Shown here one piece after another: positions 50,471 through 62,021 of a stretch of 64,000 nucleotides of DNA (the stretch's first letter is position 1; every line of letters begins with the position of its first letter). The stretch covers positions 141,880 through 205,879 of the forward strand of contig CAVUUH010000036.1 in the NCBI GenBank assembly GCA_963744545.1, written 5' to 3'. A program made the position numbers and the translations under genes. A model generated the notes under the pieces. It did not search any database. It was given only the letters and a program-made list of their open reading frames with translations, and was not told where the DNA came from. Origin of the DNA: an uncultured delta proteobacterium (GTDB lineage Bacteria > Desulfobacterota > Binatia > Binatales > Binataceae).

Positions 50471-51412
50471 CTATCGGTTGGGCGATGGATGAGCTGCAGC
50501 CAGCGCATGAAGTTCATCGGGCGTGAGTGTCAGTGTGAGCGCGACCGCGTTCTCCTTTACATGCTCCGCCAGCCGGAATTCGGGAATTGCGATGACATTG
50601 CCATTGCGGATGGTCCAGGCCAGCGCAACAGCCGCCGCCGAGCAATCATGTGCAGCGCCGATGCGCGCAAGCGTGGGATCACGCAGCAGGCTGGCGCCGG
50701 CGCCGCCGAGCGGTGAATAGGCCATCACCGGCACGCCATGTTGCTCGCACCATGGCAGCAGGTCATGCTCGATGCCGCGATTGCTGAGGTTGTAGAGCAC
50801 TTGATTGGTCGCGCAACGATCGCCGTGGGGAACACGGAAGAGGTCTTCCATGTCGCCGACCGTGAAGTTGGACACGCCCCAAGCGCGGGCCTTCCCGGCC
50901 GCGCGCAGACCTTCGAACGCCGCGACAACGCCGGAGAGGTCAATGTCCTGCCTAGGCCAGTGCAGCAGGTATAGATCGAAATGATCAGTGCCGAGACGGG
51001 CGAGGCTCGCATCGCAAGCCTGCGCGATGCCGTTACCTGTCACGTGGTCGGGCCACACTTTGGAGACTAGGAATACGCGGTCGCGCTGACCGGCAATCGC
51101 GCCACCGATCAATTTCTCGGAGCGGCCGCCGCCATAAATCTCCGCCGTGTCGATCAGGGTCATCCCGAGCGCAACGCCTGTGCGCAGCGCTTCCTCCTCA
51201 GCGGCCTCCGGACGTCGCCCCTGTGCGAGATTGGCAGAGCCCTGACCGAGCGCCGGGACAATTCTCCCATCCGGAAACTTTACCGTGAGGGAAGCAGTGC
51301 GAGCCGATGCACGCGATGCCGCCACCATCATTGTGCCGACCGAAAAGACCGATGCACCAAGCGCCACCCAAAGCCGATTGAATTCACGCCGGTTCAGCAG
51401 CTGTTCGTTCAT
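50471..51412 (-). CDS. aldo/keto reductase with a twin-arginine (Tat) signal peptide
   Basis: MNEQLLNRREFNRLWVALGASVFSVGTMMVAASRASA, followed by the AKR core (…GMTLIDTAEIYGGG…LGTDHFDLYLLHWP…). Confidence 0.75.
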   Translation of the reverse strand: MNEQLLNRREFNRLWVALGASVFSVGTMMVAASRASARTASLTVKFPDGRIVPALGQGSANLAQGRRPEAAEEEALRTGVALGMTLIDTAEIYGGGRSEKLIGGAIAGQRDRVFLVSKVWPDHVTGNGIAQACDASLARLGTDHFDLYLLHWPRQDIDLSGVVAAFEGLRAAGKARAWGVSNFTVGDMEDLFRVPHGDRCATNQVLYNLSNRGIEHDLLPWCEQHGVPVMAYSPLGGAGASLLRDPTLARIGAAHDCSAAAVALAWTIRNGNVIAIPEFRLAEHVKENAVALTLTLTPDELHALAAAHPSPNR

Positions 51413-51837
51413 GCCGCACTCCCGCATCCCGTTGCCGGTCGTCTTGACGATATGGCCTCCATGCCTTGAACCTGTCGGGGGTATCATTTTGCGGCGTAGC
51501 GTTCTGAGCTGCACCCTCGCTTTGATCAATCGCATGGAGCTTGCGTCGGCCGTATCAGACCGGAGGCTGCTTATCGCCGCACAGCGACGACGGCAAGGGA
51601 CTGCGACAGGTTGAGCCCGCCGGGCTTGAAGTTGGGTGTTGGCGAGTGGCTCATAGGCGCAAAGTGTGACCCGCGCGGTGAGCCCTTCCGATGCGCCTCC
51701 AGCCCTTCTCCCGGCAGCGGAAGTTGCCCACCGTCTGGCCCCGCGAGCGCTTCTCCCCGCCCCTCGCGCGCCGACCGCCATGCGTCCTTTCCCTTTGACG
51801 ACTATGCCGACCTCCGCACGGAGGGTCTGCTCCTGGC

Positions 51838-52268
51838 GCGCATTCTAGCCGATAAGCCCGGCCGGATGGTACCCATGCGGGAAACCCCTCGCTTCGGGGC
51901 GGGAGAGACGAGCCATGCGGCAGCGTCATTCACGACTTGCCGTGAGCAAGGCCTCGGCCAGGCGCGTCGCCTGGTTGCGCAACCCAGGCCAGCCGGCCGG
52001 ATCGCCGGAACGCCCTTACTCGAACGGCCGCCCGCGCGGCTTCCCCCGCTTTTGTTCGTTCCTTGCAGCGAATTATCAGCTACCAAGAACTTTCTCCATT
52101 GCGCAAAAATGAACGACTGCGCACCCTTCGGCCTCGATACCCACCTCCCGCACCAGCGGACGGGGGTCTACTTGCAACCTGAACCTTCGATGCGGCGCGA
52201 TTATGATAATATACAATTGTTATTAAATCAAGAGGGAATTGAGGTCGAATTGGTCGTCCGCTTCGGTG
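51838..52268. repeat. ~430-bp repeat, copy B
   Basis: Direct repeat of 44846..45277 with the same AT-rich core (gattatgataatatacaattgttattaaatcaagaggga). Confidence 0.75.
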
Positions 52269-53302
52269 CAAGAGCAGGAACTGCCACTCGGATAGGGTGG
52301 CGGGCGGCGGAGCCCAGCTTAGCTAAAGATTTGGGCGCGGCCAGAAGATCGAATAGCGATAAGGTGACCAACCGCGCTTGTCCGGCGACCAGGTCAAGCC
52401 CAACCTCACCAACCAAGTCCGTTTTGGCGCGCTCGCATTCAGAAACGCACCAGGCCCGCAGTCCATCTGACACGCCGCGCGCCCGGCCGAGCAACCTTGG
52501 AAAGCTGGCCTTGACCCCCTGGCGAGGCTTGCCCCGACAAGCGCCCTTGCATGGCTGTACAAATCTCGTCATCACTTTGGATGCGGCGGATTATGTTCGG
52601 AAATCCGAGTAGGGATTGGCCTCCCAAAGATCGCCGACGAATTCGGTCGCACCCCGGGCAAGCGCATCCGTGAGCGTATCGGCAGACGACGAGATCGAAG
52701 CAACCTTGTAGTACAAGGGGATCGGGAGTTGGGGGCTTTGTCCCAGCTGCGATCTTAGCGCTTCGAACGTTGAGGTATTCGGCCATCCTTCACAGATGGC
52801 GGCAATCAACCCGGGCGACCTATTTCGGGCTAGTGCCTAGCCGCGCTAGCAGCTCCCGTCTCGGTTTGTTGGTCGCCAGCAAAGTTACGGCCGAGTATTT
52901 CGCCGGCAGTTAGCGCCGCGGTATACGATCCCCAGTTTGTCGGGCCATCGTATCCGAAGCTCTTGATACACATTTCGCGTAAATACCCCGTCCCAGGACG
53001 GGCGCGCTCTATTAGACGGAGTGCTTCGATGACGCCCCATTATGAAACTTCTCTTCGACGATGCGAAGTGCGAGTGCCCTGAACTCGGGCGCACCCTCGA
53101 CATAGCTCGGGAAAATATCAAATACGTCCGGCGGATTGATCTTGAGGGCGGCAAGCGCTTGATCGTCGCCGCCGAAGTGAGCCGCCAAGGCAGGCCATTC
53201 GCTGGCGACGAGCCGTAGCACCTCGTTGTGGTGTCGGAGCCATATGCGTCCGACGCCAGACGACGCGTCGGCGTGATCGAGAAATCGGCAACCGGTTGGT
53301 AA

Positions 53303-56300
53303 TTACCGAAACTGCGAACGCAGCTTGCCGGCGCGAAGTCGAGTTGGGGCCCGATCGCGTTGAGCTCGCAGACGAACCTCGTCAAGGTACTCCTCGCTGA
53401 TTTGGTCTGTCTGCCTGTTGATCCGGGCCAGAGCCATGGACGCCTCAACCGCGATCTGGCCGTCATCCTCAAACCGTGCAGTCGTGATTAACGAGCGGCA
53501 ACTAGGGTCTTGGACGCCACGGCGTGAAAGCTGGCGCAGGACGGAGGACCGCATCTCGACGTCAAGGGGAGCTACAACGGCGAGTACTTTGCGCCGCATA
53601 TCTCCGTTATTGGCAAAAACATCAGCCACGGTCCCCACCTGGCCCCAGCCGCGGCGCAACTGTCGCTCAGCCAGCGCAACCGCGCGAGGATCGCCGCTGA
53701 AGTGCCTTAAAAACCTGCCTGACCTCATTCTCCAGGACGAAACGCTCGCCATCGTAACCGCGGGAAAACACGCGATCCGCCGCCTCGATGTCCGAAGCAT
53801 CAATGCTCAGTTGCCCCAAGCCCTGAAGTGCAAAATCGGCACGAACTTCGTCTCCAGCATCAACTACTTCGAGCAGCAGCTCGCGGCACTGTCGTTTGTC
53901 GTCCATGACAAGTGGCAAGACGTGCGCAACGTCTCGCCGCCGCCTTACAGGAAGCGTCGAAGCTTTTGAAAGAGCGGCAAGCACTTCCGAGTTGTCGGCC
54001 CCCCAGATGTCGATGAGCGCGGAAGCGGCCCAGAAAGCCAAGCTTTGGGGATTGTCGAGGGATTTGAGAAGCAGAGACTTCAGCAAGGGCGTTGGCGCAA
54101 CGTGAGCAATGCCCGCAAAGCCATACGCGTCATCGCGATCTTGCTTCGATGCCCATGCTTCCATCGCCAGACAACGGTGGCATTTCCCTTGAAATGTTTT
54201 GCGAGGGCGGCCAATTCGCCCCGTTCATGGGCGCAGTGAGGATATTGCTGAGAGAAATCCTGAGCCACTAAGGCCGCTACCTCTGTATCGCCCGGGAAAC
54301 CATTGATAAGAAGCCAGTAATCGGGACGACTCCGGCGCGGTCTCAGTCCGTGAATATCGGGTCGCTGACCGGTAGCGTAGGCCTTTAACCGCGGGTCGCC
54401 AGACCAGCCGGAGAGAGGCGCTGCGTTACCGGGACCATTGAACTGATAATCATCTCGGTCGCCAATCTTGGTCAAATAGGCAAAATCATCATCTCCATGC
54501 ACTTTACGGTGAATAGCCACCGATGTCGCCGCCAACCCGATGAGGGGGTGTGCGGAGCGCCGACCATGATCGAGAATCTCATGCAGCTCGGGGAGATCGG
54601 GCCAACCCCGCCAAAGGGCCTCAATCCCAGCCGCGGCGGAGTTGAAGCTTGGAGGCGCCAATACTAAAGCGGATAAGCGCTTGCCGTATTCGGGTTGACC
54701 GCCGTATCGAGTAGCCAATGCTATACCGGCCGCGCGGCTGCCTTCGTAAAATTCGTCATGCAGGCCGCGCCATAGCACGGGCGCAATCCCTTCATCTTAA
54801 GGCTGCCTACCCGGCGATCGCCGCGAAGGCATCTACCAGGCTATAGCTGTGCCAGCGGGGAAACCATTCGGTGAGCTTCTCGCTTACACGCTGCGCCAGT
54901 ACAGTCGATGAAAAGTCCCTCTATCGCATAAGATACTAAGGCATAGCGAGTTGGTGGCAGCCACTTGCTGGTTTCTATCCGGTCGAACGTATCCTCGGCA
55001 AGTTGCTTAAGCTAGCCCCGGCGTCCGCTTGAACTCGCCGAAGGCGATTTCCGCGAGCATACGGTCGCGCATCATCACGACTTCCGGGCCACCATCCATC
55101 TCGTCAATGATCGCGATGAGGCGGTCAATCTCATTCGGCCGCTGCAACTGATACAAAAGGCACAGGACGACCTCGTGCCATCGCGGGTCAGCCGAGCGAG
55201 CCTTAACAAACTCGACTTGCGCATCAAACGAGAGACGGGCCAGATGCTGGGCTGCTAGATATTCCTGGAAGAATCCCGATGAAAAAATCCAATCTCACGC
55301 GGCGATTTCCGCACGAGAATCCCAATTTCTTCCTCGACCAGAGTAACGAGGGAGCGCGCCGTTTGTCGGGCTTCCTGTTCACTCAATCCAACCTGTTGCT
55401 TGAGAACTCTGGCTCACGACATGTGCAGCGCGATCGCTCTCAATGGCGTCTTGCGATGAGGACTCCTCACCGGCTTGTATTGCATTAGCCAGAGCTGCGA
55501 GAAGCCGTCTGCCGTGTGAAGTTGTCCAGTTCATGACGTGGCGACCCTGCCAAAGCCGCCCGATCGCGCGATACCGGGTGTGTCTCGAGTAGAAGCTTGG
55601 TCAGTTCGGCGTAGGCCAGAAAGCGGTTTCGTGGCAGCTGGAGGTTCGCGAGCCTCAGTGCGATAAGTCCCGTGAGCAGGAGTGGAGTGCCACCCAGTTG
55701 GGCAATCGCGCCATTACCCTGGAGTTCCGCAACGAAATCGGCCGCCTGCCGTCGGCTTTGACTGTCGGAGGCTTCACTAGGCGAGCCGTCCAGAATCTGA
55801 ACCATGCCGTCGCCAGATCAATTTGCTGCCTGACCGTCAGAGGAGCGATTTCGGACACCCGCCACGAGCCGTCGAGACCCCCCATTAGTCGATATCCGTG
55901 AGGCCGGCTGGATATAATGACGGGTATGGAACGGCGTGCGGCGAATGCCTGGAGGAGCGTAAGCGCAGTACCAGCCGCCGTCTCATTCTCCCATTCGTCG
56001 ATGCCATCTATGAGCAACAGGAGCCGCTTGTCGTCGAGCGCCTTACGCACCAATACAACCAGCTCGGGCTCGTCCTGTCTCTTGAACCACGCTTTAATAG
56101 CGTCGATAAAGAGAGCTAGGGGTTCCGGTCGCGATCAATTTCGTCCAAAAGGAAAACGACACCCAGACCGGAATGAAGTCCGGCCGGAGGCGGCGCAACC
56201 CGACAAGCTTCGGATCGGCTGACAACATGTCGAGCGCGAGGTATCGAAGGAGCGTGCTCTTCCCACTACCGGCAGGCCCCAACACAACCTCGCGGCTTGT

Positions 56301-57218
56301 GTCGCCGAGCCAGATTTCGAGGGATACTCGCTCGCGTTCCTGACGGAGCCGAGGCTCAGGTCTTGCCGTTCCGACCATTGGCGTCTCAGCGCCTGTTCTC
56401 GGATCGGTTGTGCGAGACGGTGCTTCAGCTTCCTGGCTTGGCGGGACCACATCTCGCGACAGCCAGAAATCGGGAGCCACGTAACGGTCGGCAAGCTGTA
56501 CCGAGATTTTACCGCCGCTCGAAGGCGGCAACCGGCTCAGAACCCCAGGATCGACGCTCGCAAAATGCGACGCGTACAAAGTCCGTGGGAGGTGGCCTTC
56601 AGTTTTTCAGATTTCGATGGGCCGCAGTCGTTCCGCAAGAATTTTGACCGCGTCCGGGCCGCAAAACCGCAGTGCCCATTCGCGTCCGAAAAAATCATCG
56701 ACGATCTCGGGCAGCTCTTTGAGGCGAAGCGAAAGTTCTTCGCCGTCGAGCGGCTCAAATTGAATGGCACGGCCATGAAGCCGGGCACGACATTGCTCTA
56801 TTTTCTCGTCGATATCGGTGGCGCGTAGACTCGCCTGAACGCAGAGCACAAAGCGGTCGCTTTTGGAAGCCCAACGGCCATACCAGAAATTCTGTTACCG
56901 CGGATTCGACCTGCGACGCGAGAATCTCTTGTGGCGCTTGCTTTGCCAGACGGCGTATTTCGGCGTGGATTTACGGCTGACATAGATGTCAATACCGCCC
57001 TGCGCCTGACCCTGGGTACCGTAGAGCCGACACCGCTCGATATCGCCGTCGGTGCGCGCCAGCCTGTGGCAGAGGCGTTCAAAGTTTTGCCAGCTGAGCT
57101 TGCCGAAAGGCAATTCCTGCTCACGCGTCTCAACCGGAGGCGCAATGTGGTCGTCATCGGGAACGTCGAATATCCATGTCGGATCGTCGGTATGGTCCAG
57201 AGCCTTGTCGTCGCTCAT
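53303..57218 (-). pseudogene. bacterial NLR-like STAND NTPase (NACHT domain) with an N-terminal Mrr-type PD-(D/E)xK nuclease domain and a C-terminal repeat region; it is disrupted by at least 8 frameshifts or stops
   Basis: Mrr-like segment …FERLCHRLART…YGTQGQAQGGIDIYVSRKSTPKYAVWQSKRHK. Walker A VVLGPAGSGKSTLLRYLALDM. Walker B LLLIDGIDEW. GTPLLLTGLIAL. Winged-helix signature FFHR(D)FFQEYLAAQHL. The fragments are spread over all three minus-strand frames, and the region has lower GC than its flanks. Confidence 0.7.
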
Positions 57219-57401
57219 GGATTGCGAGCCCTGATTGATCCGGTATATCTCGGATTATGGCCGAGGCGGGCCGACTTGCCCATCTCAAGGCTCACTCTGA
57301 GCGTCGGCTCTGGGGCGAATCCTGCGGTTTGCGACTGGCGCAGCGCGATCCGCCGATCACATGGTCGAGCCGCCTCGCTGGCGCCGCGCCGCGGCGCTTG
57401 C

Positions 57402-58027
57402 TCAATCCATCAGGTGCAGGTTCATGCCGCCGCCGTGCACCTCGGCGAGGTAACCCTTGACCAGGCCCAGTTCGGTGTCGAACTCCATGCGCACCGGCGC
57501 CATCAGCTCGCCGCCGTTCACCAGCGCGTACCAGATCTTGCCGCGGTAGGCGCCTTCGCTGTGGTCCTCGGAGGCGTAGCCGTCGAGGTCCTGGCGGTTC
57601 ACCTCGCACACCCGCACCGGACCGAGAACAGGCGGGCGGCGTCCTCGGGGAGCGGTACCGGCGGGGCATCGGCGAAGCGCAGATCGTAGCGGCGGCGGCC
57701 GTCGAAGACCGGGATCGCGCGCGCACAGCTGCCGCCGCGCGCCAGCGCGCGCTCGAGGATGAAATAGGCCGTCAGCTGATCGACGGTGCCGCGGGTGTGG
57801 TCCGCGGCAACCAATGTCGGACGCTCGGGCGACGGCGAACTGACGGCGCTCAGCACCGCGCCATCGGGGCCGTATTCCACCCGGTTGCGGCGCTCGGCGC
57901 CGTTGCGGCGGGCCGCCCCGGTGTATTCCTCCGGGCGCACCGTGTCGCCGATCAGCTTGCCATGCACCTCGGAGTGGGTTTCCAGGTTGACAAAGACGCT
58001 GGCGAGGCCGCGCGTCGTCAAATCCAT
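57402..58027 (-). pseudogene. conserved hypothetical protein (possibly DUF3108-like) with a frameshift near 57600
   Basis: Two adjacent minus-strand ORF pieces with coherent non-Arg-rich composition (MDLTTRGLASVFVNLETHSEVHGKL… / …YRGKIWYALVNGGELMAPVRMEFDTELGLVKGYLAEVHGGGMNLHLMD). Confidence 0.3.
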
Positions 58028-58372
58028 CGCGATCGAATAGCGGCCCGGTGTGGTCTCGACACGGGTGCGATCGGAGACCAGGTGCAGCCCGGCGAACCCG
58101 AAGATCTCGAACCGGGTGTCGACGCGTTCCGCCTGGCCCGTCGGCGCCGCCCCGGAGCGCGGGCCGAGCAGGAACGGGCGAGGATCCCCGAGAGAAGGGT
58201 AATGTACGCGATCCTCACTATGGCTCCCCTCCGATGTCGATCGGCGCCCCGCCGGAAGTCAAACGCTTCGGCGGCGCGCTGTCAACGCGCTCGGAAGAGC
58301 GAGGCGAAGGCGCGCTTGACCCGGGCCCGGCCGGCAAGCGAGAACTGAAAGCCGGCAAGGAGGAGAGATCGC

Positions 58373-59683
58373 GTGACCATCGAGGCCGAAGAGGCGGCCC
58401 AACAGGGCCTGGTGAACACCGCCAAGCGCGTGCTGCCCGGCGGCACGTTCGGCAATTTCGCCGGCCGAGGTGGTGATCCGCGAAGGGCAAGGGCGGCCGC
58501 GTCTGGGACGAGGACGGCAAGGAATACGTCGATTTCCTGCTCGGCTCGGGGCCGATGCTGGTCGGCCATGCCCATCCCGAGGTGACCGAGGCGGCGCAGG
58601 CGCAGATCGCCCAGGGCACGACCTTCTTCGCCAACAACCGCTGCGGCATCGAGCTCGCCGAGGCGATCGTCGAGGCGGTGCCGTGCGCCGAGCAGGTGCG
58701 CTTCGTCTCGTCCGGGACCGAGGCCGATCTCTACGCGATGCGCGCCGCCCGCGCCTTCACCAGGCGCGACAAGATCCTGAAATTCGAGGGCGGCTATCAC
58801 GGCATGAGCGATTATTCGCTGATGAGCCTGGCGCCGAAGCGCTCGGGCAATTTCCCGCGCCGGTGCCGGATTCGGCCGGCATCCCGAAGAGCGTGCGCGA
58901 CGAGATGCTGATCGCGCCGTTCAACGATGTCGAGGCGGTCGCCGGCCTGGTGCGCGAGCACAGGGACGAGCTGGCCGGGGTCATCGTCGAGCCGTTCCAG
59001 CGCATCATCCCGCCGGCGCCCGGCTTTCTCGCGGCGCTGCGCAAGATCACCGCGGAAAACGGCATCCCGCTGATCTTCGACGAGGTGGTGACCGGCTTCC
59101 GCCTCGCCTATGGCGGCGCGCAGGAATATTACGGCGTCGTGCCCGACCTCTGCACCCTCGGCAAGGTGATCGGCGGCGGCTTCCCGCTGGCGGCGATCGC
59201 CGGGCGGGCCGAGATCATGGCGCATTTCGACCAAGCGCCAAGGTCGGCGACGAGGATTTCCTGATGCAGATCGGCACGCTGTCGGGCAACCCGGTCGCCG
59301 CCGCGGCCGGGCTCGCGACGCTCGACGATCCTGCGGCGCCCGGGCGCCTACGAGCAGATCCATCGCCACCGGCCGCGAGCTGATGGCGGCGCTTGGCGAG
59401 CTGCTGACGCGAGGCCGGCATCGCCGGCGCAGGTGATCGGCGAGCCGCCGCTGTTCGACGTCGTGTTCACGCGACCGAGCCGATGCGCGACTATCGCGGC
59501 ACGCTCGCGCGGCGACGCCGACTATGCGCACGCTTCAACGCGCTGTTGCGCGAGCGCGGCATCCTGAAGGGCGAGCAGAAATACTACGTCTCGCTCGCCC
59601 ACACGCCGGACGACATCCGCCACACGAGCGACGCCTGGGAATCGGCGATCGCGCAGCTGGCCGCGGCAAACGGCGGCCGTTGA
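58373..59683 (+). pseudogene. class-III (ornithine/GABA/GSA-type) PLP aminotransferase with about 5-6 frameshifts
   Basis: …RVLPGGTFGNFAG…; …LGSGPMLVGHAHPEVTEAAQAQIAQGTTFFANN…SSGTEADLYAMRAARAFT…; …IFDEVVTGFRLAYGGAQEYYGVVPDLCTLGKVIGGGFPLAAIAGRAEIM…; …TLSGNPVAAAAGLATL… lie in different frames. Confidence 0.65.
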
Positions 59684-60162
59684 CGGAAATCTACGTCGAT
59701 GGCGATGCGTGCCCGGTGCGCGAGGAAGTGTATCGGGTCGCGGCCCGGCTCGGGGTCGGCGTCCTCGTTGTCGCCAACGGGTCGCGCCCGATCCGCCCGC
59801 CGGCGAGCGGCCAGGTGCGGCTGGTCTTCGTCGACAACAAGGCCGATGCGGCCGACGACTGGATCGCCGAGCATATCGGCCGCGGTGACGTCTGCGTCAC
59901 CGCCGACATCCCGCTGGCCTCGCGCGCCTTGAAGAAGGGTGCGCAGGCCGTATCGCCGAAGGGCACCCGGTGGACCGACGCGAATATCGGCAATGCCCTC
60001 GCCGGCCGCGAGCTGGCGCGGCATTTGCGCGAGCTCGGCGACAACCGCCACGGCCCCGCCCCGATGACCCGGCAGGACCGCTCGCGCTTTCTCGGCGCGC
60101 TCGACGCCGCCTTGCAGGCGGCCGTGCGCGATCGGCGCGAAACTGACAAACGCGTTAATTGA
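59680..60162 (+). CDS. YaiI/YqgE (DUF188, UPF0178) family protein; the TTG start overlaps the upstream stop
   Basis: …IYVDGDACPVREEVYRVAARLGVGVLVVAN…VRLVFVDNKADAADDWIAEHIGRGDVCVTADIPLASR…. Confidence 0.65.
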   Translation: MTEIYVDGDACPVREEVYRVAARLGVGVLVVANGSRPIRPPASGQVRLVFVDNKADAADDWIAEHIGRGDVCVTADIPLASRALKKGAQAVSPKGTRWTDANIGNALAGRELARHLRELGDNRHGPAPMTRQDRSRFLGALDAALQAAVRDRRETDKRVN

Positions 60163-60232
60163 GGCGCCGAACCGTCCGATTTACAATTTCGGGCGCGGTC
60201 GCCAGGACCGCCATGTCAGGAAAGGCGCTCCC

Positions 60233-60673
60233 GTGCCCGATCTCGCCACCCTGCGGCTCGCCTGGGAGCCGCGCGTCCTCAGTATCCTGCGCATCATGGT
60301 CGGCCTGCTCTATTTCGAGCACGGGCTGAACAAGGTGTTCGACTTCCCGCATCTGGACCGGCGGGCGCCCTATGTGCTGATGACCTTGGTGCCGGGGCTC
60401 GCGGGCCTGCTCGAGCTGGTCGGCGGCGCACTGCTCGCGGCCGGCATCTGGACGCGCGCGGTCGCGTTCATCCTGTCCGGCGAGATGGCCGTGGCCTATT
60501 TCATGGTCTACGCAGCGCGCAGCTTCTTCCCGCTCGTCAACGGCGGTGAGACGGCGACCCTCTATTGCTTCATCTTCTTCTATATTTTTATCGCCGGCGG
60601 CGGCAGCTGGAGCCTCGATCGGCTGCTTGCGCGATCGGCTTCCGTCGGAGCCGCCGCCGGCGCGCGGGTCTGA
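60233..60673 (+). CDS. DoxX-family membrane protein
   Basis: …ILRIMVGLLYFEHGLNKVFDFP… and four hydrophobic segments. Confidence 0.65.
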   Translation: MPDLATLRLAWEPRVLSILRIMVGLLYFEHGLNKVFDFPHLDRRAPYVLMTLVPGLAGLLELVGGALLAAGIWTRAVAFILSGEMAVAYFMVYAARSFFPLVNGGETATLYCFIFFYIFIAGGGSWSLDRLLARSASVGAAAGARV

Positions 60674-60771
60674 CCCCGTCAGCCGGGCAATTTGTCGCCG
60701 TCGGGCGGGGCGGCGACCTCGAACGGCGTTGACCATGCCGGACAGCATCGCGAAGTAGTCGCCGACCGCGG

Positions 60772-61236
60772 TCAGCTCGACCAGCCACGCGCGCCATGCC
60801 GGTGCAAGAGCGCGTCGAACAGCGCCTGGTCGACCCGGTTGGTGCGCAGCAGCTGGCGTGATATAGGTCGACGATGTCGCGCTCGTCCTCGGGCGCGAGC
60901 GCCGCGGGGTCGCCTTTGGCGCGCAGCAGGTCGATCGTCGACTCCGGCACGCCGGCGCGCCGCGCCGCGCCGACCTGCGCCGCCCAGACATAGGCGGCCT
61001 CGCTCTCGCGCACCGAGGCGAGGATCGCGATGCGAGCGCAATTGCGGCTCGACGACGGTGCCGTCGCGGTTGAACTTGACGAGCTGCAGCATCCGCTCGG
61101 CGAGCGCCGGGCTGTGCAGCAGCATGCTGAACGGTCCGCGGACGCTGGCCGAAGACGCCGAGCACGTCGTCGACGACGGCATGGTGCTGCGGCCGGCGAC
61201 GTCGTCTTTGCTGGTGATCGGTGGGATTCTCGGCAT
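60772..61236 (-). pseudogene. carboxymuconolactone decarboxylase family protein with 2 frameshifts
   Basis: MPRIPPITSKDD…MLLHSPALAERMLQLVKFNRDGTVVEPQLR; …NCARIAILASVRESEAAYVWAAQVGAARRAGVPESTIDLLRAKGDPAALAPEDERDIVDLY…; …QLLRTNRVDQALFDALLHRHGARGWSS* in three frames. Confidence 0.55.
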
Positions 61237-61255
61237 CGTCTCCCTCCTTCTGTTC

Positions 61256-61906
61256 TTACAGGCCCGGGTAGGGCTGGCCCCAATGGTCGCCATAGACGAC
61301 GTCCTTCAACGGCCCGCGGCCGAGCGGGCCGAAGCGGCCCATCGGCCAGCCGATCGGCAGGATCGCATAGGAATGGTACGCCGGGCGGCAGGCCGAAGAT
61401 CGCATCGACCTCCTTGCCGTAGCTGGATGTGCCGCGTCGTCAGCGTCGTGCCGAGGCCGAGGGCGCGCGTCGCCAGGCAGCATGTTCTGCACCGCCGGGT
61501 AGATCGAGGAGCCGGCTGAGCGTGCGGCCCGGAGATCGTCGCCGTCTTCGAGGCAGGCGACGATCCACACCGGCGCCTCGTGGTAATGGTCGGTCAGGTA
61601 CTCGACCGCGGCATGCTGGCGCTTGTAGCGCTCCGGGTCGGAGCCCGGCGGCGGCGGGCTCGATCGCGTAGCGCGGGCCGACGATCTCGTCGAAGGCGCG
61701 CTTGTAGTAGACCTGCACCTTCTTCTTGCGCTCCGGGTCCTTGACCACCAGGAAGCGCCAGCGCTGGGTGTTGCCGCCGCTGGCGGCGCCCATTGGCCGG
61801 CCTGCAGGATCTTGTGGATCAGCGCGTCGGGCACCGGGTCGGGCTTCAGCCGCCGCATCGCCCGCATCGTGCTCATGATCTCGAAGACGTCTGTACCTTC
61901 CGGCAT
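61256..61906 (-). pseudogene. nitroreductase-family protein with at least 3 frameshifts
   Basis: …MSTMRAMRRLKPDPVPDALIHKILQAGQWAP…; …GGNTQRWRFLVVKDPERKKKV…; …YAILPIGWPMGRFGPLGRGPLKDVVYGDHWGQPY… in different frames. Confidence 0.55.
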
Positions 61907-62021
61907 CCCGTTCCTCCTTCAGCTATAATTCGTCACCCCCGCGCCAAGCGGGGGTCCACGGCGACCATCGCGGCCTTGGCCCCGGATTCCCGCCTTCGCG
62001 GGGTGACAGAAAGCGTCTACC

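Noticed and set aside
52228-53303. Several ORF fragments between repeat copy B and the NLR pseudogene (52591..52809, 53012..53221, 52885..53472)
   Set aside because: Pieces such as …PDVFDIFPSYVEGAPEFRALALRIVEEKFHNGASSKHSV look protein-like but are short, fall in mixed frames, and match no family I can recognise. They are probably a further decayed gene, but unsupportable as a feature.
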